From Epiperipatus broadwayi (taxonomy: Eukaryota > Animalia > Onychophora), in the NCBI GenBank assembly GCA_028023455.1, contig JAQFVV010000003.1:9362001-9426000 (forward strand): 64,000 nucleotides of DNA. Direction: 5' to 3'. Positions within the stretch are counted from its first letter, which is position 1. The number at the start of each line of letters is the position of its first letter. Positions 25,883 to 38,782 of this stretch are shown here, in pieces. A program made the position numbers and the translations under genes. Below the pieces are notes generated by a model. It saw only the letters and a program-made list of their open reading frames with translations. It was not told the DNA's origin and searched no databases.

Positions 25883-28800
25883 TTGTTGTATTATAATCAA
25901 TTAAATGTTATCATGCATTCGTAAACTAATAAAGAAAAATTGTTTCAGTCTTATAAGGAGTATATAATCATCTAATAAAGCACAAATTATGGATCATCTT
26001 TCATTTACTAGTCTGCTGCTTCATTGAGACAATCATCTTAACTTCTAGATTACCTATGATTATTAGCTGAGAAATAAAGTAATCTTACAGTTAGTTGCTC
26101 AAAAAATTCCATAATATTTAAGCATCTAAATAGTAAATGATTAATCTCAACAGAACTTCTACCATATAGCCAAAATGAAGTTTTGTTTTTACATTATATT
26201 GCTAAAAATAGACTCCAAAAATCTTTAGACCATGAGTTTGTCATTCAGTTATTGCATTCAACACAACTCCATTTTCCATAGGTCACATTATATACCACCA
26301 TCTTTTATCATATGTAAATATTAACCTAATACTTATTTCATAAACAAATTATTGTTATTAATGTAAAATATTTATTCTAGTTTAATTCTATCATATAATC
26401 AAAATTTTCAACTATTCCCTATATTACTAAGTACAGTATCTTATTTTTTGGAAATGCACTACCCTAAATTATTTTTGTTCATATGTTATACAAATAATTA
26501 AATTGCTTATTGTGAACAGATACTATATTATCTGATTGTGAATGTATCACATAATTTATTGAGTTTTATTATACCACTGATAACGATATAGTATTTATTT
26601 ACTACTTAATGCTTAATTAGAGTTGATTCTCGAATGGGAGGCAAAAGTTATTGCTATCTAATATATTAGTCAGAAAAGTATACTATAACTATTTTAATTA
26701 TATTATTTTCTATTAATAATATAAAATGTTTCAATTGTTATTATTATAATTGATCAAAGACATTTTAGATACTCATAATACCAAGTGGAATTGTGTAGAA
26801 TTTGTGAAGCATTTTTTATAACAAAAATTATAATTTAACGTTTTTTCTGGTGATTTATTGTAATTCATTGTGTTTAATGTGTTATGAAAAAAAGAGATTA
26901 ACAAGAAAGAATATTTTCTTTCAAACAATACAACTGGCAAATTTATTGAAAGTAATCTTTAAAGCGAGCTGAAGACTATATACTGAATTATTGAATATGT
27001 AGACGCTGATTTTATCTTTGTATACTATCAAACAATAAAAATATTTAAAAGTTAAAGCAAAAAGAAAACAGATTTAAATTCGTTTTTGATCAGAATTGAA
27101 AAAATAATTGAATATATATAAAATAAACAATAGTAAATTATTGTAATAAAGGGTTTAAAGTTATAATTTATGAATTAGATTACCAGTGTGCCTTCTAGAA
27201 ATCTCATTGTGAAATAAACGATTAGAAGTTATGTAATAATTAACTTATAAATTGTAAGTCTTGTCAATATCACAATATTGATTTCAAGTAAACCCTCATC
27301 ACTTTCAAAAATAAGCCTCTGACATCACTGTTTCTGTTTGCGTGTGGTGATGTTACATACTTGGCATAATTGATGGAAGGGTTTCCTTGAAACTATTACT
27401 GTGAGCCTAATTTATAGAAGTTAGTAATTATATAAATAACATCTAATATAATATTTCCCCATGAGCTGCTTATTAAAGATGCTTTAATACTCTAGTTCTT
27501 TCTATATATGTAGTGCTATTTTTATAATTACAAAACAAAAAAGTATTAAAATTATATATATATATAATACACATTGATACTTCTAAATTATTCCTCTAAT
27601 TAAACATAATGATTTCATAAGTCCAAATCCCTAATAGTATGTGATAATTGTCTATTTATTTTGCTTACATTTTGATCTTAAATATATTTTTAGATTCTTT
27701 ATATTGTAAATTACTTGTCTAATTTATGCTATGTATTTTGTCTTTTTTTCTTTTTTGATTTGTAGCAAGTCCAATTTTTCTTTGGTAATTTTAGCAGTGC
27801 ATTGTTCTGATTTTTGTTTTGAAATTTACTTAGCCCCCCCCCCCCAATCTTTGGACAGTTCTAATAGATCTTGATCATTTGTTACTGAATCATTTTATTT
27901 TCTTCAAGAACAAAAGAACTTTGTATATTTCTATAAACTATCTTCATTAAGATCAACTATTTAAACTGCTTCTCTCAGTTTTTAATGTGTCCTACTTTAT
28001 ATTTTATATAATCAAAAATAATATTTGTTATGCATTTATCAATTTTTAGAAATGGCATTTTATGTTTTTGAGCTGAATATATGACATTATCAGAGTACTT
28101 CATTATATTACTAGGATATATTTAGTGATTATCTATGAATACTATAGAAATATAGAGAAACATATTTTGTATTCACACATGGACACACAACAACAGATGT
28201 ATAGCCATATATATATTTACAAAAGATTTCATGATCATGTCTATATCTTGTGTTCAAATACAAGATGAATTAATGAAAAAAACTTTAAATTTTAATCAGT
28301 CTTTCTAGCTAACTATCCAGTATTGATCAGTAAATAGGTATCTACATATTTTTTTTTTAGCTAGAGAATTAAAAAAGAGTATTTATTAAATCTGATGAAC
28401 AATATGTTCTTCATTTTTTTCTCAATAAAGGACTGCTGGAGAGGTCTTATTTTACAGTGGGCTATCTAAACGTTATCATATATACACATGTTGATAATTG
28501 ATGCAATGAAAATGTATTGTTATAAATGAGAAAATTGTAATGATTTCTCATTTAATATAATATCAGTATACTTTTCTTTCATATTACATATGTTTCAACT
28601 GCAATATAACATTGTAGTTGTTAAGTAGATAGATGTTTAGCACACTGGATAAGGCTAACTTGTAATTGAAATATATTTAGGTGAGAGATCAGTTTATTTT
28701 ATTTTAATGCTAAATAACATGAAAACTTAAATTTACATTGGTGAGTATTAAAATTTGTTTATATATATATACACAAGATTATGTAAATTATTTTATGATT

Positions 28801-29149
28801 TTTTTTTAAATTAAAAATTAAATTATCAATTGTAAAAATATTGGATACAGCTTATCTTAAATAGAAACTCAAAGTTTTCTTAGAATACCAATAGATGGTA
28901 TTTACAACTAGATATATCACTATTATCTGCCTTTGTTTTTTCACAGACCTCATAAATACATAGGAGAAAGTCCTGTAGTATTGGCTGATTACTGAAACAA
29001 AATCTGTTAAGTTCACTGGCTGCATTGATGACAAAAACAAATTATCACAAATGCAATTGAAGAGATTACCATGAAATGCTATACTAGAAATGGCCAAATA
29101 TTTGTTTTTCAGATTAAAAAATTTGAATTTTTCAATGATTAAAACTTAC

Positions 29150-29245
29150 TTTTTTTTTTCATGTGTCATAGCATCGGCTGGGAAGCGAACCTGGGACAAC
29201 TGCTTGTAAGGCAGATGTGCTGACCATTCAACCACCAATGCTGAC
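29150..29245 (-). mobile_element. tRNA-derived short SINE
   Basis: Reverse complement gtcagcattggtggttgaatggtcagc..cttacaagcagttgtcccaggttcgcttcccagccgatgctatgacacatg(A)n; A and B boxes; poly-A tail. Confidence 0.85.
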
Positions 29246-29619
29246 AACTGACTTTTTAAATAAAATTGTTAATTATAATCAAAATTGTAAATACTTTGAA
29301 TACACATTGCATTGCATATACTTATTTCAAAGCTTGATACTAATATATTGTTACTGGAAAAATCTCTAAACATATACACAATACCTAAATGATCCAAAGT
29401 ATTCTGTTGAGATATGGATTTATTTTGTGCTGTATACTGCAGTATTAAAATTCACAGTTAATATAATTTGAATAATTTGTTTAAGATTTTAATATAACAA
29501 ATCTCAAATACTAACTATGGGTCATTATAGTTTAATTTGAAGTTCTCTATATATCTATGATAAGCTATAAAGAAATGGAATCATTTATTTTAGTCATTGC
29601 TAGCTAATTATTAACAAAT

Positions 29620-30110
29620 GGATTAATAATTGAATTGTATTGTGATATCAGGGTATAGATGGCTATAATTTTTTTATATATTTTTAAAATATACATGAAT
29701 ATTTTTTTATTGGTTGAATTATTGTGTGAGAATATGTTTTAAAAAAGTATTAAAAAAGTAATTGTTTATTCTGCCTTTGTGGTTTAAATTTACTTTGTTT
29801 AAGTTGGAATTAATAATATTATTCTTAATTTATATTTTGTACTTATTTGTAATTATTTAAATATGCATAACTTTTATATATCTATGACAAACCAGAAAAA
29901 GATAGAACCATATTTTTGGTTGTTGCTAAGTAATTATATTTAAGTGGCTTAATATTTGAACTGTATTCTAGTATTACCATGTGGATGACTATAATTCTTT
30001 GCCTATTGAATTATTGAGTAGAAATGTGTTTAAAACATTTTAAAAAAAGTAATTGATTGATCTGCCTTTATAGTTTAAATTTAGACTGTTTAATTTGGTG
30101 TTTTAATATC
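29620..30110. repeat. Degenerate local duplication (~300 bp period)
   Basis: ttgaattattg..aaaaagtaattg.tt..tctgccttt.t.gtttaaattt recurs near 29715-29790 and 30007-30085. Confidence 0.6.
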
Positions 30111-30149
30111 ATGCTTAATTTAAATTTCACACTCCTTTATGATTGTTTA

Positions 30150-30560
30150 ATATATGTTATCTTTTTACATCCCGAGAGAGAAAGTATGACCTATCTTTTT
30201 GATAGATTAATTATTAATGGAGAAGATGTTGTTGATAAAATCAATAAACATAATATTATTTATAAAATGATGTGCCATTGTGGGTCCAATTATATTGGTG
30301 AGTCAAAATGCTTATTGAAAAAGAATTCACAAACACAAACTTTTATATAATAAGTTGTAATATTCTGTGGATAGATTTAAATCAGTATTTTCTGACCATT
30401 CTGTTATTTGTAATGGAGATTATTTTTGCTTTGATATTGTTTTTATTTTACATGTGGAAAATAATGAATTAAATAAACAATATAATTGGGAGCATTGGTA
30501 TTGTGTGACTTTAATAATGAAAATTTTTTAAAATTTTTGACTGTTAAATGCTACTCAGAA
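30150..30560 (+). mobile_element. PLE GIY-YIG endonuclease remnant
   Basis: HNIIYKMMCHCGSNYIGESKCLL (ORF 30057-30350), followed by SVFSDHSVI..FCFDIV. Confidence 0.7.
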
Positions 30561-32465
30561 TGATGTATATTGTTGTAAGATGGCTATAACTATTATTATT
30601 TTTAAATTGGTATATTGAATATTGTAGAGACTATTCAGGAGTATTTGATTAAATAAATATTAAATTATTAGTAGCATATGGTATGGTCCAAAATTTCCAA
30701 TATTTACATTCTATTTTACCAATAAAAATTCTACTTTCTTTGCTAATGTTAAAGTTATTGAAATATTTGGCATAAAGTTTATTTAATACATTATTTTTAG
30801 ACTAATAAGATATTTGTATAAATCTTCAGGGAGAGCTTTATATGCACATCATTTGGGTTTGAATTCATGTCAAATAAAATTTTTTTGACAAACTTGGTAT
30901 TTTCTTTTTGTTAGTGGACTCATGGATAATCTAACTAGTCACCTAATATTGGAGAGTGAAGGCCCATCAAATTATTTTTATGTGGATAGTAAAATGAGGG
31001 TGGAAGCCCTCAACATCCAGTCATTGGGAAGCTTAGTGAATATGTCCTTCTGCTTCTTTGTTTCTCTATGAAATCCTATTAGAGAAGCCTTTATCTTGTA
31101 GTAAATTATTTAAAGGATATTTTACAATTTTATTTATACCCAAATTGTAATTTAACAAATTATTGAAGATATAATCAATTTTTTTAGAATTTTAAAATCT
31201 ATTTCTTGCAAAGCTTTAATTTTAAATGAATGTATGGATATTAAGAATTTGTTAGTCAATTCATATCATATGCAATTATCTGCATTTAGTTCAAAGTTAT
31301 ATTATAACTGAAACAAACATATTGAGAATCCATTCATCTAACATTGAAACTCAATGTTTTCTAAACTTTATTAAATACATTATCAAATGTCAGAAGATTA
31401 CCTTGGTTTCCAAATTTCAATTTCTGAAACTATTTTATGTGCTATTAAACTAACAGTATATAATTTTAAAATCACACCAATCACAATGGAAATCTTTTTT
31501 TTCATTATGAATTCCTTTATATATTGTTAAATTAATTCAAAATTATAAAAGTTAATCTTTATATACTTGAATGCTTTTTATTATAACTTTCTTGCTTACA
31601 ATTTTGACTAATATAGTTTTCATTAGAATTGCTTCTTAAGTTTGCATATCATTTTAATATGCCATTTTTTTATTTTCAAAATTAAGAAACAGTTCTGATG
31701 AAGATTATATATATTAATCCAAACTGTAGACAAAAAAAAAGCTATAATAAAATTATTAAATTTAAATATGAAAAATTCGATTTTGTTAGATTTTGAATTC
31801 AGATCACAAATGATAAAAAACATTAGATTTTAAGAATTAAGACATCATATTTTACATTAATTATTTGAGCAATCTTGAATCTACAAATTGCAATGGAAAG
31901 ATTTTTGTCTGAATTATTTGATTAGAACTGAATTATTCACATTTGACACTAATAGCTTTATATATCAATCCCCCACCAATATCTCATTATTACACTGTAG
32001 ATATTTTGAAATAATAATGTAAGTACAAAAAAGGATTCATTATACCTACATTTTAAAACTTTTTATTAAAATTTTCATTGAAGATTACTTTAGTTTATAT
32101 ATACTCCATATCTGATTAAAATAATTAATCCACTGAAGGTCACTACACTTCAAGCCATATATTTAAGCATGAGATAACAGATGACTATATCATACAAATT
32201 CCCAGATTGATACTTATTTATGGATCTCATAGCCAATAAACAGAAAGGAGTTTGGAACTAACATCAGAAGGTATCAATTAATTAGTTATGATTATATGTA
32301 TGGTTTGAAGGAAAAAAGTTTCATAAAGTTTGCTAAGATCCAAATCTTATAACTTGAGAAATTATAATAAAAGAATTAGTTAAATATATATCTATATAAA
32401 AGTGTAATCATCTTTTAAATTTTAAGTATGAAAAATATTACACAGCCATTTAAGGCATTTCTAGT

Positions 32466-34288
32466 CATCATCAAACATTATCAATCTACTGCAGGCTGAA
32501 GGTCTCTCCAAGTTCAATCCATCTTTTCTGATCTTTAGCTTCTCTTCACATTACCCCTGTACATTTTCTTATTTCATCTATCCATCCATCTCACATGTGG
32601 TCTCTTTCTTGGTCTTTTACAATCTCTTGGAATCCAGTTTAAGATTTCAATTGTCCATCTATTATCATCTCTTCTATCAATATGTCCAGCCCAACTTCAC
32701 TTCAGTCTTAATTTTTTCAATGAGGTCAGTAACACCTGTTTGTTCTCTTATCCTTATATTGCATTTTTGATCTTAACATGCATCTCTCCATACTTCTTTG
32801 AGTGGTCTGAAGTGTCTGTATTGCTCTTCTATTAAGTGTCTAAGACTCAGATCCATAAGTAAGAACTGGTAAAACACATTTATTAAAAACCTTCCTTTTC
32901 AAACACATAGGCATATTTCCTTTTAGTATCAAGTTATTTCTATCAAAAGCACTCCAACCAAATTTAATTCTATGATTAATTTCATCCATTATGTTTCCAT
33001 CTGTATTAATAATCTGACCAAGGTATTTGTAGCTGTTAACTTCTTCTAACTCATCATAATCAATCTTTATTTTCATATTTTGAGAAAATCCATTGAACAT
33101 TACTTTAGTCTTTTTAACATTTATCTTCAGTCATACTTTCCTACTTTCATCTGATAACTCTTGCAACATTTCCTGCAGCTCTAAAGCATTATTTGCAAAA
33201 ACAACTACATCATCTGCAAAATCTAAATGACTTAACTAATCTCTATTTACTTTCACTCCTTTAGCTTCCCATTTTAATCCACAAAATACTTCTTCCAGCA
33301 CTGCTGTAAAAAGTTTTGGAGATATGGAGTTATCCTGTCTTACACCCTTCTCACTGTCGACTTTCCCAGTATCATTATGTAATCTAATTGTTGCTGTTGC
33401 ATTTTTATAAATATTCTTCAAAATATGACAGTATCCTGGATCTATATCTTGATGATCCAATGCTTTAATCACTGAAGAAATGTTTATAGAATCAAATGCC
33501 TTTTCATAAACTACAAATCCAAAGCATAATGGCAACTCATATTCATTTATCCTTTCTATAACTTCCCCCAATACCTGGATATGATCTACTGTACTAAAAC
33601 CACTTTTAAGTCCCACTTGTTTTCTTGGTAGGTAGAAATCCAATGTTCTCTGTAAACAACTTGTAATTATTTTGGTAAAAATTTTGTATAAAACTGATAA
33701 AAGGCTGATAGGTCTGTAATTTCTAATATCTTCTTTTGTCCCCTTTTTAAATAGTAATATTAATACTGCATTCTTTATCATTTAGACATTTGGTATATAA
33801 CTTTGCTAAAAAAAATTCTATTTCTTCAGCTGCTTTTTTTAATATATCAATTATAATTCCATCATTACCTGGAGCATTTCCTTTTTTTATAAATTTAATT
33901 GCATGTCTCACTTCTTCATTTAAAATTCTGGGCAATTTGGAAGATATAATAGATATAGGAGGTATTTGTTCATTATTACTATATAAGTCTTGATAGAAGT
34001 CTTCTACCCATTTCATGATTTCATCTTTCTTTTTAGTAATAATTCCATTTTTTTTTTCTTATTGCAAATATAAATTTCCTACCAATACCAAAATGTTGTT
34101 TTACACTCTTGAAACTTTTATTCTCTTCTATAGATTTTCTTGCTAGTTCACAGTTATAATTTCTCATATCATTTTCAACTCTTTTCTACACCATTTTACA
34201 AAATTCGAGGTATTCAATCCTTTTTAATGCATCATTTTTGTATATCTTCATATTCCTTCTTTTCTTCATAAATTCTTTAGTCTCAGTA
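32466..34288 (-). mobile_element. 5'-truncated, more decayed copy of the same RTE family
   Basis: Colinear with 22611-24450; ORFs 32840-33100, 33236-33781 and 33747-34016 match the RT of the full-length copy. Confidence 0.95.
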
Positions 34289-34499
34289 AAACACAATAAA
34301 TCTGCAATGACTCTGACTAAGTGTAGAGGTTCTTTATAATCTAATTTAATATTTTTATGTTAATTTGTAATTTAATTTATTGATAATGTTTTTACATAAT
34401 ATCAATCATTTATAGATATTGTCAAAGATTAAGGTAGGGATATTGTCTATCTCTTGTTTATTTAATACATATTTAAATGAGTTCTTTTCATGAATAGGA

Positions 34500-35320
34500 A
34501 TTTAGTATACAGGGTACAAGTATTAATTATATCAGATTGAGTGAGAATGAGATTATTGAAAATAAATTCTAATAAAACAAAATAAATGAAAATAAGTTTA
34601 AGATAAAAATAGGCATAAATCAGATTAGTATATTTAGGAAGTTGAATAATTGATGATGAAGGAAACAAAAAAAAAACTGGAGTAAAGTTTTTCAGAGTAA
34701 ATAAGCTTTAATAAGAGTACAAAAATTAGTATGTAAATCATTGAAATTAGAGTTCATAAAGAAATTTGTTAAATATGAATTTGCAGTATGGTTTTATATG
34801 GAGGAGAAAAGTGAACATTTGGAGAAGGTTAAAAAAATTTTGAAGTTTGACATATGAAGATGCTGTAGAATAATTGGTCATGTGATTTTATAAAAAGAAA
34901 CATTTTGATAAAGTTCTAATAAAGAATGAAACCTGGATTGACATATTAAATAAATCTTTTATTTATATTTAGTTGTCTATTTTAATTTTATTTTAAATTG
35001 ATTAATTTAAATTTTATATATAAAAAAAACATTATGGTCAAATTTTTCAACATTAAAATGGAAAAATAAGATTAGAAATGTAGAAATATTGGGGAAAAAA
35101 AAATTGAACAAAGATTATTTTTGAAAAAAATATGGGGGTAAAGAGGCAATATGGCATGTATATGGTAGAAGAAACAGGGAAAATGTGTTTAAAGAAATTG
35201 TAGATGTGAGAAAAAATATTAAGATCAAAAATAAGTTTATTGATGATCTTAAAGATAATAATAACATAGAATAAATGATAGAGAAACTTTGAAAATATAA
35301 TCTATGGTATGCAGTAGTGT
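34500..35320 (+). mobile_element. Ancient RTE-like RT C-terminal remnant
   Basis: LKINSNKTK*M, YLGS*IIDD, KKFVKYEFAVWFY..RCCRII, equivalent to decayed GLKIN.KTK.M / YLGS / K.YV.SV.LYG.E.W motifs. Confidence 0.55.
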
Positions 35321-35554
35321 TTTTTGGTAGTTAATTAGTGTTGATAATATACTTAAAAAAATGTGATCAATATTATTCTAAATTACATAGTATATGACAG
35401 TATTGTTTTTTTTTTTTTTTTGCACATTAAAAACATCATGTATATATAATTAATTTTTAAATAACCCACTGCAGAAGACCTCTTAATCAGTCCTCATAAA
35501 GAAACAGTGAAAAAGAAGACATTACTAACCAGTCTTGTTAATTGTTATGTGGTA

Positions 35555-36130
35555 TTTCTATAAATCACAATTAATTATTGCAACAAAGGTTTATAGTTGC
35601 AGTCAATTGAAATTGCCAATACTAAATTTATAACTTTAACATTACATTTAAATGTTCATTATGATTATTTCATAGCTTCAACACTAATATTCTGTTGGCT
35701 ATGAATATAATGCAAGAAATCCAATGTAATAAATAAAATCCAATCATGTAATATACTCAATTTAAAATCATACAGACTTCAAAGCATGAAACAATCATGA
35801 ATTCAATTTAACATTCATACATATTACAATTATGTCTATAAAAGTAATGTGTAATAATATTAGATTGTACTTATGATTATTTTGTATTTTGAAGTCTTTC
35901 TAGTTTCTTAGATTAGGTATTTAACATAAATAGAGTTTGCACATTGCATTAGGATACAAGCATTTTGTTCTCAACCAGCTGAAAGTTGGTGTTATAAATA
36001 ATGAAATGATCATACAGGAGAATTTATGCTTGGTTATTTTAATGTAATGCCAAACTGAGTTAGTTTAGTATTGGCAATTGTAATTGACTGTAATTTTAAA
36101 TTTTATTGCTGTAATTAATTTGTGTTATTT
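35555..36130. repeat. Old, diverged inverted repeat (~270-bp arms, centre near 35830)
   Basis: gcagtcaattgaaattgccaatactaaa (35599-35626) pairs with tttagtattggcaattgtaattgactgt (36064-36091); inner gacttcaaa..aatcat segments also pair. Confidence 0.65.
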
Positions 36131-37086
36131 CTGGTTTAGTTTTGAGCATCTTTGCTTTATAAACTGTGTTATGTATGCAAATATTTTAAAATTTTATTTT
36201 ACTTTACACACTTTTAACACATAAATAAAAACATTGAAAACAAGACAAGTGGGTCTCAAGGTGTCTTTTTGGCTGAACTGAATCTTTTTTAAGTGATCTA
36301 GGTTATAACCAATCCCATATACCTTCATCATCATTCAGTTGTTTGTTTTTTAATATTTATTAATGTGTTCAAAGTATATGAGGTAAAATAGTCATTTTAG
36401 AATGTATCTAAAATATTTACACACATGTGGAAAAGGAGTGAAGATAATTTGACAATATTCAATAATACTTAACAAGAATGGATTTTTAATTAAGTTTATC
36501 ATACCCAGATTAAAAATAATACAATAATTTTTAGTTTAATAAATGATTAGTAATAATCATTGATGTATTTATCTAAAGATATTACTGTCATTTGAGTACA
36601 TATAAGAAATATTTATTTCCTCAGATTTTGAGCAATTATGTTTTTTTTTTGTTTCAAAACAACCAATATGAATGAATAACCTTCAAACAAGCAAATGATA
36701 AAAAAATCAATATTAGTGATGTTTATTAAAAACACTTTCTAAAAAATAAATATGATATATACAAAACATGCAATCTCTTCCCACATTAAATCTGCATTAG
36801 AAGGAGTAATCTGTTGAAAGTTTTAATAATTAACTGTCACTATAATACTAGTTCCACCCAAAATCTTAGACTAATTTCTGACTATTAGTTATGAAAATAA
36901 ATTGGCATGTGTTTAAAATTTTAGGATTGTTGAATTTCATTTTTTTTGGATATAAAAAAGTAAATGGGGGCAATGGTTATGCAAATGAATAACTCTTCAA
37001 TATAAGTTATTGAAAAAAAAGAATATTGGCTAGAGTGCATTTAATAGCAATGGAAGTCAGACATTTGGTTTATTACTTTATTTTAA

Positions 37087-37936
37087 TACAATACAGAGAG
37101 CATACCAATAGTTCAAACAAGCTCTTAATAAGTGTGGTATGAGAAAATATTTAAAATCTCTATCCAGAACACTCCCTTCTCCAGAGCAACTGGTTTCGAG
37201 CTTATGGCTCATGTCAGTGGAGAGCTAGAATATTCGGACACTAGATCTAAAATATCAACTCAAAACCCAGCACTTATTTCATATGCATATTTAAGTAAAA
37301 ACTCTGAAATTTTTGCATATGAAAATGTCTTTAAATCCAACTTAAATAGCTATATGGGACTGAACTAAATTCAGATCTACCATATTTTAATAGCCTCAGC
37401 ATAGCCAAAGCCTTAAAGGTAAAATTATAATAATCAAAAAAGCAACTCATATACAACATGACATTACTTTTATAAGCTTATATTTACAAAAATGCAATAC
37501 AGAGAGTGTACCAATACCTCAAATAAGCTCTTAATTAATAAGTTTGGTATGAGAAAATATTTAAAATCTCTATCCAGAACACTCCCATCTCCAAACCAAT
37601 ATAGCTATTTAAGTTAGATAGCTGGATTTAAAGACATTTTTATGTCTGAAAATTTCAAGTTTTTACTTAAATATACATATAAAATAAGTGCTGGCTTTTG
37701 AGTTAATATTTTAGATCTAGTGTCCGAATATTCTAGCTCTCCACTGACATGAGCCATAAGCTTGAAACCAGTTGGTCTGGAGATGGGAGTGTTCTGGATA
37801 GAGATTTTGCATATTTTCTCATACCACATTTATTAATTAAGAGCTTGTTTGAGCTATTGGTACACTCTCTATATTGCATTTTTGTAAATACAAGCTTATA
37901 AAAGTAATGTCATGTTATATATGACTTGCTTTTTTG
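37087..37936. mobile_element. Head-to-head insertion of a ~406-nt hammerhead-bearing non-coding unit (retrozyme/pLTR-like) with 15-bp TSD
   Basis: Left arm (- sense) 37087-37599 is ~1.25 units (caatacagagag at 37089 and 37495); right arm (+ sense) 37600-37940; TSD attactttattttaa at 37072-37086 and 37937-37951. Confidence 0.88.
37738..37783 (+). ncRNA. Type I hammerhead variant (mirror copy at 37178-37223, - strand)
   Basis: TCTCCA-CTGACAT-GAGC-cataa-GCT(T/C)-GAAA-CCAGTTGG-TC-TGGAGA: 6-bp stem I, near-palindromic stem III ACCAGTTGGT, GUC site, atypical core. Confidence 0.7.
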
Positions 37937-38693
37937 ATTACTTTATTTTAAAAATAAAAATATGGTAGCTAATATTTCTTATTGTTTTGATGAATTCCTG
38001 AGTGATCACACCCTCAATAAAATATAATTAAATAATTCCCTCAATTTATTATTAATAACTATTACTATTTTTAAAATTTTGTTTATACTATAATCTTGAT
38101 TTATATTAATACTATACATATAAAAAACATCCATATTTTATATGTGTGTGCTAAAAAGTGCTGTACACTTGCAATTTAATAAACAATACATATTTTATTC
38201 TAATCACTGTTTATCAGTAAAACATGAATTAGTATCCACTACATATATTGAACACAACTGGCTTTGGAACAAAATATAGTTCATAGCTTCACTGTACAGA
38301 GGTAAAATTACTGAAAAATAAGTTCAACAAAGATATATAAATTTTAAAGCTGTTATTTTTCTTATTGTAGTATAACAACTCTGTTATTAATTCAATTAAA
38401 ATCATTAAAAAGTTAAAATTCCTATTTATTGAGTTAGATTGGCAAAATTGTTTTTTGATTACTCAATAGCACTAAAAGCACAACATAAAAAATGAAAATT
38501 AACTTGTTTCAATTACAGTTTTTTAAATATTTTGTCTATGCAGTAGAGCATTTAAAAATAGCATATGAAATTTATATAGTAAACAAAATATTTGTACACA
38601 CATCTATAGAGATAAAATAGAATCAGAAGTAGGCTAATTTTACATATACACACCTTTTTTATGTCAGAAAACCATAAAGAATCAAATGGATTA

Positions 38694-38782
38694 GTCAAGC
38701 GTTGGTGGCCTAGCGGTTAGCATAACTGCCTTCTGAGGAGTTGGCCCGGGTTTGTTTTCCGGTCAACGCTTTGACATATGAC
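38694..38782 (+). mobile_element. tRNA-derived short SINE with TSD
   Basis: gtcaagcgttggtggcctagcggttagc...ggtcaacgctttgacatatgac; TSD aagaatcaaatg at 38677-38688 and 38783-38794. Confidence 0.85.

Noticed and set aside
32241-32254. 14-nt match to the RTE 5' end (cagaaaggagtttg)
   Set aside because: Too short, no further ribozyme elements, likely chance
37132-37829. Two near-identical 71-78 aa ORFs suggesting a duplicated gene
   Set aside because: They are mirror translations of the palindrome arms, antisense to the hammerhead, with no protein motif
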